This document shows, piece after piece, positions 24,019 to 36,530 of a DNA stretch of 64,000 bases (within the stretch, counting starts at the first letter, position 1; the number at the start of each line of letters is the position of its first letter). The translations under genes and the position numbers were made by a program. The notes below the pieces were generated by a model that had not been told where the DNA came from, made no database searches, and saw only the letters and a program-made list of their open reading frames with translations. Source of the DNA: Fimicolochytrium jonesii. Its lineage: Eukaryota. The stretch spans positions 434,001 to 498,000 of the forward strand of contig NW_026515673.1 in assembly GCF_025526975.1 (NCBI RefSeq), written 5' to 3'.

Positions 24019-24955
24019 TGCGGACCCACTACTCTCACTGCCAAAGAACAATGTGACTTGGGCGACTACAACTCTTCGTTATGAACTCTATACGACACTG
24101 GCGACAACCTGCACATCTTTCTCTACTCCGCCATGATGAACAATCACAAAATCTCACACTTCGCCGTGAACATTCAGGCATACGGCGGCCATATGCGAAT
24201 CCTCTACTCTCATTTCGCCATGAACATTTCAAACATGGACAATTTTCCTCGATTCTATTCCAAGGGTCGTCTCTCGATTCCTACCTCAGCACCAAAACGC
24301 GTCCTGTATATAGACCCTATTACGCTGGTGCTCACACTTGAGGCGTATCGAGAAGTGGTTTCGTTTTTCACTGTTCCGCACTGTTTCGTCCCTTTTCTTA
24401 CCATGTCAACTTTTGTATCTCATCACCTCGGCATATGTACATAGTTTGAAGGATGTAAATATTCGAACATTCACAATTTCCGTTACATACTGTATACCGG
24501 CGTCGATGTGCGTGGGAAACTGGGAATGCGGGAAAAAGCGCAGTCGCTTACTTTACGCGCTTTGGCTTTCCACTCACTTTCCAAGTTTCCACTGACGGTC
24601 CATGCAAGGCATCAACCAGTGGGGAACCCTTATGCTCTCCCGTTCTGCAGGTATCAGCAAACACCGCCGTGGAAATAGCAATTTTGAGAGCGCATCCCGA
24701 TCCAAAGCTTCGGGTTTGCGTTTCAGGAACAGACGGATCTAAAGACGACGAACTAGCATTTCGAACTAGCAATTCGCACAGGACGGGAAAGACATAGTAC
24801 AAGGCAATTTTCCAGAGCACATAAAACACGAGGAACTAGCCAGGCGTTGCGCGAGTCAGTGCGAAACGGTTGTTTAGAGGCTTCAAATCAAGCGAGAAAG
24901 TCCTGTCACCATCACGATCTTGGCTTGGCTTGGCGGGCGCTTAACAACCGGCAGC

Positions 24956-26898
24956 ATGGGCGCCTTCGCGTCTCGCCCCAGTGGAGACGGCGCCGACGGA
25001 ACAGTCGCCAACAACCCGACGAAGATAGGGTTCGGTCCAGTGACTGTTCTGCCGATTCGGACGGATGCGGATAAGCCGCCGGGAAATGTAGAAGATCCTG
25101 ATGCGGCGCGATCAGCGGAGGCGGGAGCAGCGAACGATGGTGGGTCTCCCAATGCCGGCCCGGACGATATGGGGGATACTGTGAGAGTTCAGCGGGAAGA
25201 GGAGGCGCGCTGTGAAGCAGTTCATCAGGCGCTAAATGATGAGGATATGCAAGCTCTCCAGAATGTTTATGACTATGTACGTACGGGAATGTCATGGAGC
25301 CGCGAATCGTCCGTGAAAACTATGCTTCAGCCGGCTCCACTCAGATGTTGATACGATCTTTTCGTCCTTACCAGGCACGGCCCCATCGCCCGTCAGTACT
25401 CATATCTCGCATCTTGGTGCACCGCTCTAGTATACGCTTCGAACGGCTGGACATCGCCCATCCGTGGACATCAGCTGATGCAATAACCATCATGGCCGCC
25501 TTCGCGATGGATGCAGAACGTCCTACAGTGGCTACCATCATGCTCACTACCATCACCGACCCTCTCTTGCCCACAGCCGATTCTGCGTGGCCGCCACCGC
25601 GTTCGCCCACGATGCCCGGCACAACCCCCATCCTCCCAACACCCGTGAACCTCACGGCCCAAGCCCCGCACGCAATGCAAGAGGCCGCGGCCGTAAATGT
25701 AGGCGCGGGGATGAATATGCGCGTCAGGCTGCATATAACAATGGATAAGGCGATCGCGATCGCGGCGGATAGCATTAGGTTTACGTTGGTGGTTCGCGAG
25801 TTGCTGGCGCCGGAGGGTGAGAGGGAGTCCCAGGTTTTCATCACGGAGGGCACGCTCAAGTGGGATATTGTGGGAGATGTGACCAGGATTGCTGTGCGGC
25901 GGGTTCGGCAATCAGTGAAGGTGCGTACCCCAAGGAGGGCTTTCTTGTCCCATCAAGCCATGGTGCTCATATCCTTCCTATAGATCCACGACGTTGTCTT
26001 TTGCTTACAAGAAATCTACGGCGCATTCGCCGCACCACCATCAACTCGTCCGTCAGTCTCAAGGCCATTTCCACAGCCAGCGCCACCTCATCCCCAACCG
26101 TCCGCCCCACCAACAGGCTCGTCATCAGGCGCTCCGTCCAGCCGCATCCTATCTTCCTCTCCCTCCGGCTCATCTTCACCCGCACCGGCACCAGCAACAC
26201 CACCAGCCCCAAATCCCGCAATACAACGCCCACCTCCCTCACCCGCTCTCCGCCCATCAACAAGCGCTTCCCAAAACCTCGCCTCACTAGACTGCCCCAT
26301 CTGCCTCTCGGAACAACGCTGCGTGATTGTTCTCCCATGTCGCCACCTCTGCCTGTGTCGAGAGTGCGCCGAGGCGGTGATGATGCAGGGCCGGGGCGGC
26401 CCGGGTGTAGGAAAGCCGACATGTCCCATCTGTCGTGCAGGTTCGTCTTGGATGTTGACCGTTTGTAGAATTGGGATTGTCACACGACGCCATTAGGTTT
26501 GCATATGTCTACGTACTAACAAAGCTTTTCGTCCATTTGCTGGTGGCTCGTCTCTCACAGACGTCGATTCCTTCCTCCACATCCGCCTGCCGCCGTCCTC
26601 AACCTCTGAGACAACCGCCGTCGACCTCATCAGCATCCGCGCGACAACACCGCCCACCATCGCCCCAAACAACGATCACTCGCAATCTCCAGCTTCCATT
26701 TACCCGTCCCTCCGAGGGTCGGCGCATCTTAGATCTCATCAGTCGCTTAATGTCGTGGCCCCGGAGCCAGATGAACTGGACGGTTTGCCTGCGTTGTTGC
26801 CGGATGTGGAGAGTGTGATTCTGGTGGACACGACGCATCTGACTGGGACGGATCATCGTGAGGACATCGAGAGGGGTGTGGAGCGTCCGTGGGCTTGA
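24956..26898 (+). CDS. RING-HC E3 ubiquitin ligase, MGRN1/RNF157/LOG2-like
   Basis: N-terminal myristoylation-type MGAFAS; VRQSVK|IHDVVFCLQEIYG; CPICLSEQRCVIVLPCRHLCLCRECAE..CPICR at about 26293-26436. The RING frame is missing from the ORF track. Confidence 0.8.
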
Positions 26899-27285
26899 AC
26901 CGGTGCAATTTCGCTGGGATAACCTTTCTTGCTGTATTCGTTTCAATTTTGGACATCATGGACAAGGGACTTGGACATATTTTTTGGAACGCATAGTATA
27001 CCATATCTGAATCACCTCATCACATTGACAATGTACTTTTCGCTGTGAAAGAGAAACAAACGGGGGCCAAGTCCGGAGGCTAAGGAGACAATATCCCTTC
27101 TTTCTATGTACACATGGGACGAAATTACTGCCTGTAAGAAAAGATCTCGAAAGAACACACTGAGAATCTACAGATGGAGAGGGGAGAAGATAGCGCCCTC
27201 CGTGTTGGGAGTCTAAGCATTAAGCGCGAAACGACAATCTGAATCTCACGGGACAAAGACGGGAAAAATGAGATAGTCCTGTTCT

Positions 27286-28874
27286 CTAAGCCGTCGTAGC
27301 AGGTCCAACAGTCATAACATCCATCTCCGGCCGCTTCCCACGACCATTGTCCGTCTCCGTGATCACTTTGTACTTGTCTGGCTTCACCTTATCGCCGGGA
27401 ATGTATCCGTCGATGATACCGGCCGGGTGGGCCAACCACCTCCACGCGTAGATCCCGGCCGCTACACTTTGCTTCTCAATCAATTGATAGAAGAAGAATG
27501 CAGTGACGGTACTGAGGACGACGAGGGCGAGCCAGCAGATGCCGACGATGCGAGAGAAGTTGCTGGAGCGCAAGTGGCCGGCAATTTGAGGGATGACCGT
27601 GTAAAGGTACAGAGGATGCAGAAGGTAGATTCCAGCGGCAAGGTGTCCGATATGCTTGAAGATCCGGAAGGAAAGGATGCTTTGGACTGTGGGAGCCAAC
27701 TCGAAGAAGGTGAGGAGGAAAAAGACAGAGAGCGTGTCGGCGAAGTGGACCTGGAAAAGCGAATGAGATGCGACCAGTTAAATTTCTTGGCGAACCTTCA
27801 AATCCCAAAAAAAAAACCATCAACGCACCAAGTTGTTTGAAGCTATGTCAATCTGGAGGTGGGCAAATGTGTTGTTGAGAAAGTCCCTAAGAGGGAGGAC
27901 CCATTTGATGCCAAATGCGAGAACCAAGCTCAGGATTTGCAATGCTATAGCAACGAAGGAGTTTCTCGGCCGGTGGAAGTGACCATGAGCCTTCATGTCG
28001 CATATGACGTAACCGAGCAGGAACACCCAGTTCCAGCTGTAAGTGACCCAGGAGAAGGCCATGAGGGTGGCAAACACGACGTATCGGTTGGACGCAAGCT
28101 GGGCCGTGAGGAAAGCTGTCAAGTAGACGGCATAAGATCCTTCCATGAACCAGGTCACGGTCCACAGCATAGAACCCATTTTTTCGGCAGCTGCGGGGCC
28201 ATTGAATGTGAACTGTAAAAGGAAAAGCTCTTCAGCATAGTTCCCTTTCGATGAACAGGTCCGTTCGGAAAATTCCCACGCACCAGATCGACGATAAAAG
28301 TTATCAGTCCACTAAAGCCACCAATGCTGCACCATCCGGCGGGCGCAGGTGCCATCGTTGTAGAACCTAGGAATATTTCCTGGGCAGATGCTGAGGCCTT
28401 GGCGGTGTGGCCCTTTTTGCAGAGCTGCCACTGCGTGAACGCGACGATTATGACTGGCAGAGCGAACCGGAAAGCGCGACGGAACATGGACGATACGAGA
28501 GCCGGATAGTTTGGCTTGAAGTTTTCTGCGGAGGACGACGGCGGTAATGCCACGGCCGTCACAACGCGACCGGAGATCATGAATAGTAACGTGATGGCCC
28601 AGCTCGCATCTCTGTCAATTGCGAAGGAAAATCAGCCTCGTGAGAGATTGCCTGTGACACGCACGCGAACTTGACGGCCTTACCGGAAAATGCCTTGGGG
28701 AGTGTCCAGAGGCATACTGTTGGTGCGCTCATCGAAAGTGGCCTTGGCGAACGTGTTGTTGAGCACAATCACTGCTGCCAATACACGTAAGATGTCGACA
28801 TAGCCGACGCGGAAAGCGCTGTGCGCGATATAGGCGGAGGAGTATGAGGCCGAAGCCCTGTTGGCGATCGTCAT
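27286..28874 (-). CDS. Acyltransferase-3 (OafA-like) integral membrane protein
   Basis: RVGYVDILRVLAAVIV, ISGRVV, SSMFRRAFRFALP, MLWTVTWFMEGSY, LGHLAAGIYLLHP-like, FYQLIEKQS; several TM segments. Confidence 0.8.
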
Positions 28875-29922
28875 TTTCAGCGTTGGCCAGAGGAGGTCTT
28901 TACGGAGCAGGAGTAGGGACGATGAAGCGTATGGGCACCTTTTGAAGGAAGGCACCTTCCCAGGGGGCGTCTGAAAGCGTGAGAAAACGGAAAAGCCGTA
29001 GGAAGGGCAACCGAATTTGGAAGGAAGCGAAAGCATCTTATCATTCATTATTCGGCGTATTATTGTACTGTATGTAAGTGTATGTATCGGATCATGTATT
29101 CACCCAGGATAAGGGGGGGATTCTGCCTCTGGGAACACAGCACGCACACACTCAGCTCGGGCATATCGGGCGCAGGAGGCGAGCGGAATCATCATCGCTG
29201 ATCATACGCGCGCACGCGTTCCGCCCAGAGATGATATTATGATGCCCATTCGGACGGCTTCGGACGCGCACAAGCACACCCCCAGTTTCCGGTCGAAGCT
29301 TCCTTCGCCCTCGCCTCCCGCCAACCATGCATGCAAATCATTTGCCAACGTTCCAAAAGTCTCCTCCTGTCAAAATTGCTCTGCCCCGCATGGCATGCCA
29401 TCATCTTGACTGGCGGAATATCCTGAACGCATTTTCAGGTCACATAGAAGCAGTATATTTTGACACGCACATCTTTTTCTTATTCACAAGCTGATTTATA
29501 ACTTCATACGCAACTACCTAATCAAGTTCATACGGGCTCCCATCCAAGTTCATACGGCGCAAATCAGATCGTCCTAAGGAAGTGAATCTACTCCATTATC
29601 CGGTCCATTTATCGTGCCTACAAGCTGCACGCGTGTGAAAAAGGATGCGAAGGTGTGAGCTTCGACAGTAGCCGTTTGAACTTGAATGACATAGTGCGGA
29701 TGAGGCTGGGATGTAAGCGGATGATCTCAATAGGCCACCCTAGGAAGTGTAAATGCTAGAGGTATGAACCCTTTCAGCTGCAATATGAAGGTTTTTTCTG
29801 AGCGTTGGAACTGAATATGCCTTCAGGATATCTTGCAACAACGTGCATGCAGTGAATCGGCCTCACTGTGTTTTCATGTTCGTGACTCAGCTGTGTGGAT
29901 GACTCACCACCCGAGTAAACCA

Positions 29923-30159
29923 GGGATTGACTAGAAGTGGGTAACTCGTGCTAAATGTGAGTAACTCGGGTTAGGGTTAGACTAGTTAGGCAGCTGCCGA
30001 GCGGAGCGAGTAGACCCTGATTGTAGGAGGCCGGGTAAGGCCGACTCACCGAAGGCAAAGGGGTTAGATTTGTTAATCAAATGGTTCACTTTGGCTGTAA
30101 AAGAGTCTTATTCTTGAGGTGAGCTATTTAGCACGAGTTACCCATTTCTAGTCACGCCC
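29923..30159. mobile_element. Mutator-type (MULE) MITE, 237 bp
   Basis: 34-bp TIR GGGATTGACTAGAAGTGGGTAACTCGTGCTAAAT with 3 mismatches between ends. Perfect 9-bp TSD AGTAAACCA (29914-29922 and 30160-30168). Internal GGGTTAG repeats. Confidence 0.88.
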
Positions 30160-30179
30160 AGTAAACCATGCTCGACATG

Positions 30180-30285
30180 GCCGTGCGACCCTTCTATCAC
30201 CATGCCTGACCCAAACAAGCCCGGTTGCAGCAACTCGTACGATTTCTTCATACGCGGAGAGGAAATTCTTTCCGGAGCTCAGCGC
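30180..30285 (+). pseudogene. Aspartyl-tRNA synthetase C-terminal fragment
   Basis: AVRPFY(+1 nt)[29 protein letters not shown] matches the conserved cytosolic AspRS motif. It is frameshifted and the rest of the gene is absent. Confidence 0.85.
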
Positions 30286-31133
30286 AAGAACGCGCGGAAA
30301 CTTTCGAGCCCCCATTTGACCCCGTCACCCCGCCACCATCCAGCTGTACCTCGATCTCGAGGGGTTCAACTGAGCAATTGTATCTTGCGCGGAAGGCAGT
30401 CTCCCACTAGTGGTCTTCGCGCTGGGAGGTCTGGGGGTAGGGTTGCCGTTATCCCCTTTGCGACGCTTGTGGGCCTCCAACCTAGCGAGCTTGGCGCGGG
30501 TAGCTGCGAGTGCAGCTTCGATATCCTGGTTGCCGGCAAGGTCCTGAGAGCCCGGCTGCGGGTCCTCCCCATCGGGGCCAGCTCCTTCTTCATCGTCGCG
30601 GCGGCGTACACGGGTCTGGGGCTCGGTGTTCCCGGCTTCGTTCTCTGGGGCTGGTAGGCCATCGTCGGCGGCTGACATTCCCACGCTATATATGACGGCA
30701 CCTCGGCGCAATTTTCTCAGGCTATCGTCTCGCCGAGCGTTCGGACGTAACTTGGCAAGGCCGGGTGACGACGGTAGACGTGGGTGTATCTTGGCTATCG
30801 CGAGTGCCCAGATCCAGGCTGCACCTCAAGCGATTTCTCTTTCTCGAATCGCTAAGATTATGGCTGAGCGCACGAATAAAGGTAAGGAAGGGGAAAAGGA
30901 GAAGGAAGGTATCCTGAAGGACTATAAATCCGAGAACGAGTCACGTGCACGCTCAGCCTGGGTTTTATCCACACATGCACCCGAGGGTGAATATTCTCCA
31001 GGAGGTCACCCCGACCCGCGCCCCCGCCCCCCCCCCCCCCCCCGGGCCTCCCCACCCCCGCCTCCTCCTTTGCACGCAAGAAAGACACTATACAGTATTA
31101 ATAGGCCCCCCCCCCCTCGCTTGTACCTCCCCC

Positions 31134-31343
31134 ATGATCCATCCAGTAACGGGAGGGACAGTCCACAAATGTCCGAAGTGTGGCAAGACCCCAAAGACGG
31201 AGACCGGCGGTCGGCGATACTGCAAAAAACAAGTCTGCTGCATAGTGCACACTATGGCTCACCTGAAGACCGAGCCGTGCCCCGTCTGTGTAAAGGAAAA
31301 CGCCGCCAACGTCAAGACCGTCCCAGCGCCCTCGACAGCTTGA
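31134..31343 (+). CDS. Small Cys/His-rich putative zinc-binding protein (69 aa)
   Basis: CPKC..YCKKQVCCIVHTMAH..PCPVC pattern; family not recognised. Confidence 0.35.
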   Translation: MIHPVTGGTVHKCPKCGKTPKTETGGRRYCKKQVCCIVHTMAHLKTEPCPVCVKENAANVKTVPAPSTA

Positions 31344-32580
31344 AGACCGAGTTGGCGATTCGACGCGCCTTGCGGCTCTGGACCCCGTGTGGTTACCACA
31401 ATCTCTGGCGCGGGGTCGCTGCTCAGTTAAGCCTGCCTGCCGACAGCGTAAAGCCTCTGAACGTTGTTGGCAGCGGAGATACAACATCGTCGTGCTGGCA
31501 GAGCACCGAGGGGTCGACCGCTTCGTCGTGCGCTTTTCGCTAAGCGATTCGGCACCGCTAGCTTACCTGCAGGCTGGCGCAGCCGCTGCCGCGCTGTGTT
31601 CGGAGGAAAAAGTTCCTACGCCGCAGATTTTTGGCACATACCGCACTGTGGGTCTTGGAAACATCACATCATGCATCAAGCCGGGCCGCGGCTACGTCTT
31701 CACCCGGAGCACATTCATCGACGGTCAGCGGCTGTCCGACCTGTGGCCGGGGGCCAGCCTGTGCTTCAAGCAGACCTGTTTGAGATCTCTGGCATGCGCC
31801 TACATCCCGCTCATGAACCGGGAGTTCGACTGCATCGGTACTCCGCAAGTCAAAGATGACCGGAAGATTTCCATCGGCCCGCTGTACTCCCACGTTCTGG
31901 AAGCCGCCCGCGATCATGGGCATGTGGATTTCGGGCCCTACCGCACCTGGGTCTCCTACGCCACCGCACGACTTGAAGCTCTCAGCATCGTTTTCCGCCA
32001 TCACAGCGCCATTGTACACAATCTCGCTCTCCTACGACCATTAGTTGCGTCTGTTGCGGCTGCCAACGGATACACGGCTCGAGACACCTTCCGGCTGGTG
32101 CACCCAGATTTACACGGTGGCAACATCGTTGTTGATGCGACCGGGAATGTCCGGGCCATTCATGATTGGGACGGCGCTCGAACACAGCCACTCGACTACG
32201 CGGCGATCTACCCCCCGAACGAATTTGTTACCAACGGGCCAGACGAGGACGAGCAGGACTCCCAGCTCATGTCTTGGTTCTGCGATACCGTCCGCGAGTT
32301 GGACTGCCCCACATGGGCTGATTCCCTGGGACGCTTCATAGGCGACGGCGCTGATCACGACGCGGCTCTATACCATCCCGGTCACGATTTTGCCAACGTC
32401 ATCGAAAACCCACTCAGCCTTACGCCGGAAGAGTTTGGCTGGGCGCTGTTTTACATGCTCAACCGCATGAAGCTGGCAAGGATGTTGGAGGTGGACGTTC
32501 ATATTCAAAAGATGCCTGTGCCGAGGAAGCCCAGAGGAGCCCGGCTCGCCAAGACACTGCGGCGCATGTATAGGCCATGA
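31340..32580 (+). pseudogene. APH/choline-kinase-like phosphotransferase, apparently frameshifted near 31477
   Basis: LVHPDLHGGNIVVD..AIHDWDGA (Brenner and Mg-binding motifs), FDCIG, FGPYRTW. The N-lobe VVGSG is in one frame and RYNIVV in another. The long ORF has no early ATG. Confidence 0.7.
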
Positions 32581-32649
32581 CTAAAATGGTGATGACCGTA
32601 TGAATATAATTGGTGATTCCTCGCCCGGTGAGACAACCACAAAATAGAG

Positions 32650-33632
32650 TTGATGAGGGCCACGAACGGCACGGCTCCCCCCAAAAATATTAGCCAAATG
32701 GCTCGTTCGCCAGTCCTCGAATTCGGAGTCAAGGCGTATATGGTTTTGATCATGCTGTGGCCGTCACTATCAGTCCGTGTAATGATTCCTACCCAAACGC
32801 CTTTCTCATATTGTATACGCAAAGCGTTGCCAACTGGACTGACTGGAGTATGGACGCCGGATGCTCGGTCTTATGCAGTTGCTGTAGTTCTGCTTGCTAA
32901 GAACCTAGCCAGGGTCTATCTCAATGATCTAGATGAAGCTGCACTACCCTTTGACAACAGTTCAAGTGACCTCAATACCCGTTCGTGTTTGTCAATACCC
33001 GCCCATACGAAGATTGGGATCTTCTTCAAATTGCACAGGGTATCGGAAGCTCAGTTTCCACTTCATACAGTCACGGACTCGATGATATCACAAACGACGC
33101 ACTCTGCACAGCATCACTTACGCCACGAGGACCCGACGGTCCACATGAAATGATTTTAACTCCGGAGCATAAAGCCCTCTCCAACGCCTTTTGGCGATGT
33201 TTCCCAAATATTACTCATCTCGATATATCTCGAAGTCGCTTGTGCTCCTGTGAGTCGGATGACCGGCCTCACTCATGTAACGTCAGTACTCGATAACGAT
33301 TACGATTGGGATCTACTCCGTACTTTTCCAGACAGCGTGATGAACCTTACAGTATGTGGAGCATTCCTTTGACATTTGATCGTATCACGTTTCCGGAGAA
33401 TATGGACTTTCACAACGACCGTCAGATTACACTGGAGAATGTTTTGATCGACGACCAGAATTTGTTCCCCTCTGAATTTGAGCAGGAGTTGTACGACTAT
33501 GTGGGAGGTGGGCAGCTGACCGTCAAGCTGTCCAGGTCACAGCTTACCGATGATGAGCAGAACCGAAGTACGACGCTATTGAGGCAGGCCATTTGGGCTA
33601 CAGGTGCATTTCATCGTACGACTGTTTTATGA
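32650..33632 (+). pseudogene. Fragmented ORFs, possibly a degraded LRR/F-box-associated gene
   Basis: Three consecutive short ORFs in shifting frames; CFPNITHLDIS is LRR-like. Confidence 0.25.
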
Positions 33633-34046
33633 GTTAGCCATCGACACCGGCACACGACGAAAAGTCACTTCAAGAGCACGCCCGCGTGAAAAATCGTCGG
33701 AGCTACCGCATCGTGATGCGTGCGTGGATCTAACAATTACTCACGCGTGCCTTTCGCGTTTTACTGTACAGTACAGTCATGGAACGGAATTCTTTCACAA
33801 GGTCTGACGTCAACTAGGAGGATCGAGCTCCGAGCTTGATGTGAATTAGAACCCGATAGCAGAATCTAAGATGTCGGAGGACGGCGGACGTCTTGAGAGG
33901 AACGTATAAAAGAGGGGAAGTCAGGGCAGCCATCGGGAGCATCCATCGCCGGCCGCTCGCACGCCGTCTCGAACGAACGAATTGCGCCTGAGCTCTCGCA
34001 GAAAACGACTACGTACATATACAAATCCTCACATCAACGCTGAAAC

Positions 34047-34412
34047 ATGTCTAGCTGGAACTATAAAGGTCCTCGCTACGACCAGCCCACGCATACCACG
34101 TTCCAGAGGTATCCCCCAGCCGGTCCATATCATCAATCCACCCTCGGCTACAATGTGCACCACAACTACTACGATGAGAACTACACGGCCCCTCGCGGCT
34201 TCTGCGGGATGCCGTTCGCTTTCTGGTTATGGCTAGCGGGGATAGTGTTCCCCTTCTTCTGGATCATCGGCCTGTGTTGCTTGAACAGCAGGAATCCGTA
34301 CGAGAGAGTGTGGGCGAAAAATATCCTCTTCTCTTTGATCATCTACATGATCATTGGCCTCGTTCTTGGGCTGACCGGCGGACTTGGGTGGGGTAGGAGG
34401 AGGTACTATTAG
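34047..34412 (+). CDS. Small membrane protein with Pro/Tyr-rich N-terminus and two TM segments
   Basis: Clean single ORF with an upstream TATAAAA (33905); FWLWLAGIVFPFFWIIGLCC..ERVWAK..IIYMIIGLVLGL. Confidence 0.65.
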   Translation: MSSWNYKGPRYDQPTHTTFQRYPPAGPYHQSTLGYNVHHNYYDENYTAPRGFCGMPFAFWLWLAGIVFPFFWIIGLCCLNSRNPYERVWAKNILFSLIIYMIIGLVLGLTGGLGWGRRRYY

Positions 34413-34769
34413 AGCACTTCGAATTCGGTAGTACGATGCCCGTACCTTCGTCTACCGCCGTTTTGGCGAATTGGTAGTTGACCGGAAACCCCATAATAGC
34501 ATAGTGCCCGGTGCAGTATACAGTAGTCTTGGCGCAAAATACAAAACCTTATGTGACCTGTCTCATAAAGAAGTGCCCCGTTGCCGTTGTCCAGGACTCC
34601 AGGTTGTGCGAAGACCATCATATTAAACTCTTTGAAATCACGTGAACCTGAAATCTGAATTGAAACCCGCAGCTGTGCACTGCGAATCCAACTGCATGCA
34701 TGCAGGGTGGAATACGAAGAGAGACATTGTCGCCATCCGAGTCCATATCCACTCACTCTCATCGTCAAC

Positions 34770-35917
34770 ATGCCCAGATACTACTGTGGTAAGTGTCTAT
34801 CTTCTGTTTATCTGATCACCCAGCCATATGACAAACTGAATCTTGTGTACTGATCGCTTCATTCCTTCGAATCCGAAGACTATTGCGATATTTTCCTAAC
34901 GCACGACTCGCCGTCGGTGCGGAAGGCTCACAATGCCGGATGGAAGCACAAAATGCATGTGCAGAACTATTACTCAGGTTGGAAACAAACGCTCGCTGTC
35001 CAGCCGCCCGGCTCGCGTTTCGCTGACGGAAGTGCTTCTTGGGGAATTTCAACAGCGTTAGATCCGGACCAGGTGCAGGCGATCGTAGACCGAATCAACG
35101 AAGCATATCAGGGAGTCCCGGGTGGACCAGGTCAGTTTGCGCGCCAGCATACCTGCCGGGTCTCATTTTGCCGTGAATGGGGGTTCAGTACCCCGATGTA
35201 TAAAGGGAAGGCTCATGAGATCTTTGACCTCTGACCTCTGACTGCCGTTTCTTTCCATGCTCAGATTTCAACAATAATGGCATGAATGGACAGATGGGAG
35301 GCCTGGTGGGAGGCCCGATGGGAGGGCCAATGGGAGGGCCAATGGGCGGACCTCCATTTGGGAGTAAGTTACAATCTTTCGCGCTTTATTAGTGTTCACG
35401 GCTGACTTATGGTCGTATCGCTCAGTGCCACCACCGCATATGATGGGAAGACCCCCAATGGGTCCGCCGGGTCCAAACGGCGTCCGTCCACCGTTCCCAG
35501 GCCCACCACCAGGGATGCATGGGCCCCCACCTTTCGGACGTCCACCTATGCCATTTCCTCCAGGACCGCCACCTGAAGGCTTTCGACCCCCAGGACCGTT
35601 CCCTCCAGGAGGATTCCCACCTCCACCAGCGGGTTTCCGGCCGCCCTTCCCGGGTGCGCCACCATTTGGAGCAATGCCTCCGCCGGGTCCGGGTGGGATG
35701 CCACCACCGCCTATGGGATGGGCGCCTCCACCGCAAATGGCAATCAATGGGACACCGAATGGGGATGCGAATGGTAAGCAATGAGCCTCGCTCTTATGCG
35801 ACGATCCACGGTCCATCCAAGGTCCAGCCTTGCTAATCGAGTTTATACCAATTATTAGCACTGAAAAGATCAGCTGACGACGACGACGAAGCTAGCAAAC
35901 GTGCACGGGCAGAATAA
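34770..35917 (+). CDS. SNRPC: U1 snRNP protein C
   Basis: [36 protein letters not shown] zinc finger followed by a Pro/Gly/Met-rich tail; several introns. Confidence 0.95.
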
Positions 35918-36530
35918 TTCCTCGGGTCGTCCTGTATCTCACCAGCAGGCGCCTTCCGCGAGCTTGAGCGAATGGGCAATCACGATACCGAAACAGAAAG
36001 CGAGAATGTACACAGATCACCAGGGCGCGTGTCTGGGGACGACCGTATAGATTGGGCATATGTATATATTGGCCACGACTGCCCCATTAGTCGAGGTGCG
36101 GGGAAGGTTTTGACCTGATGGCGTGGGATGTAGAGTACATTTGGCAGCAAGATGAAAATACATCCGGAAAACATTGAACGAAAACTGCCTCCCCAACTCG
36201 GGAACTCGTAACGTGATGCATTGCAAAAAAAAAACGTGGACACTCTTATTGAGAACACTTCAACTTCGGAAGAACTGAGGTGACATCTCATCAAGATAGG
36301 GATGGCCTGTGGGTCCGAATACATGAACGAGTTGAGCAAATACAGACAGGGATGCAAAGAAGACGAACTGTCGGCAATCTCAACGTTTCATTTCGGGGTC
36401 GTTTTTTCACCGTATAATCTCTCTAATGAGGTGCGCCACACCGCCGGGCAAGTCTCGGAAGCAAATACATAAAATCCATAATGATTTGACAAATGTTACC
36501 GGACACAAGGAATCAACTCGTCCCAGTCCT

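Noticed and set aside
24120..24230. Degenerate CGCCATGAACATT repeats and a short ORF
   Set aside because: Too degenerate, with no termini or protein motif to support a call.
35286..35350. ATGGGAGGGCCA tandem repeats
   Set aside because: They encode the ordinary MGGP low-complexity tail of U1-C.
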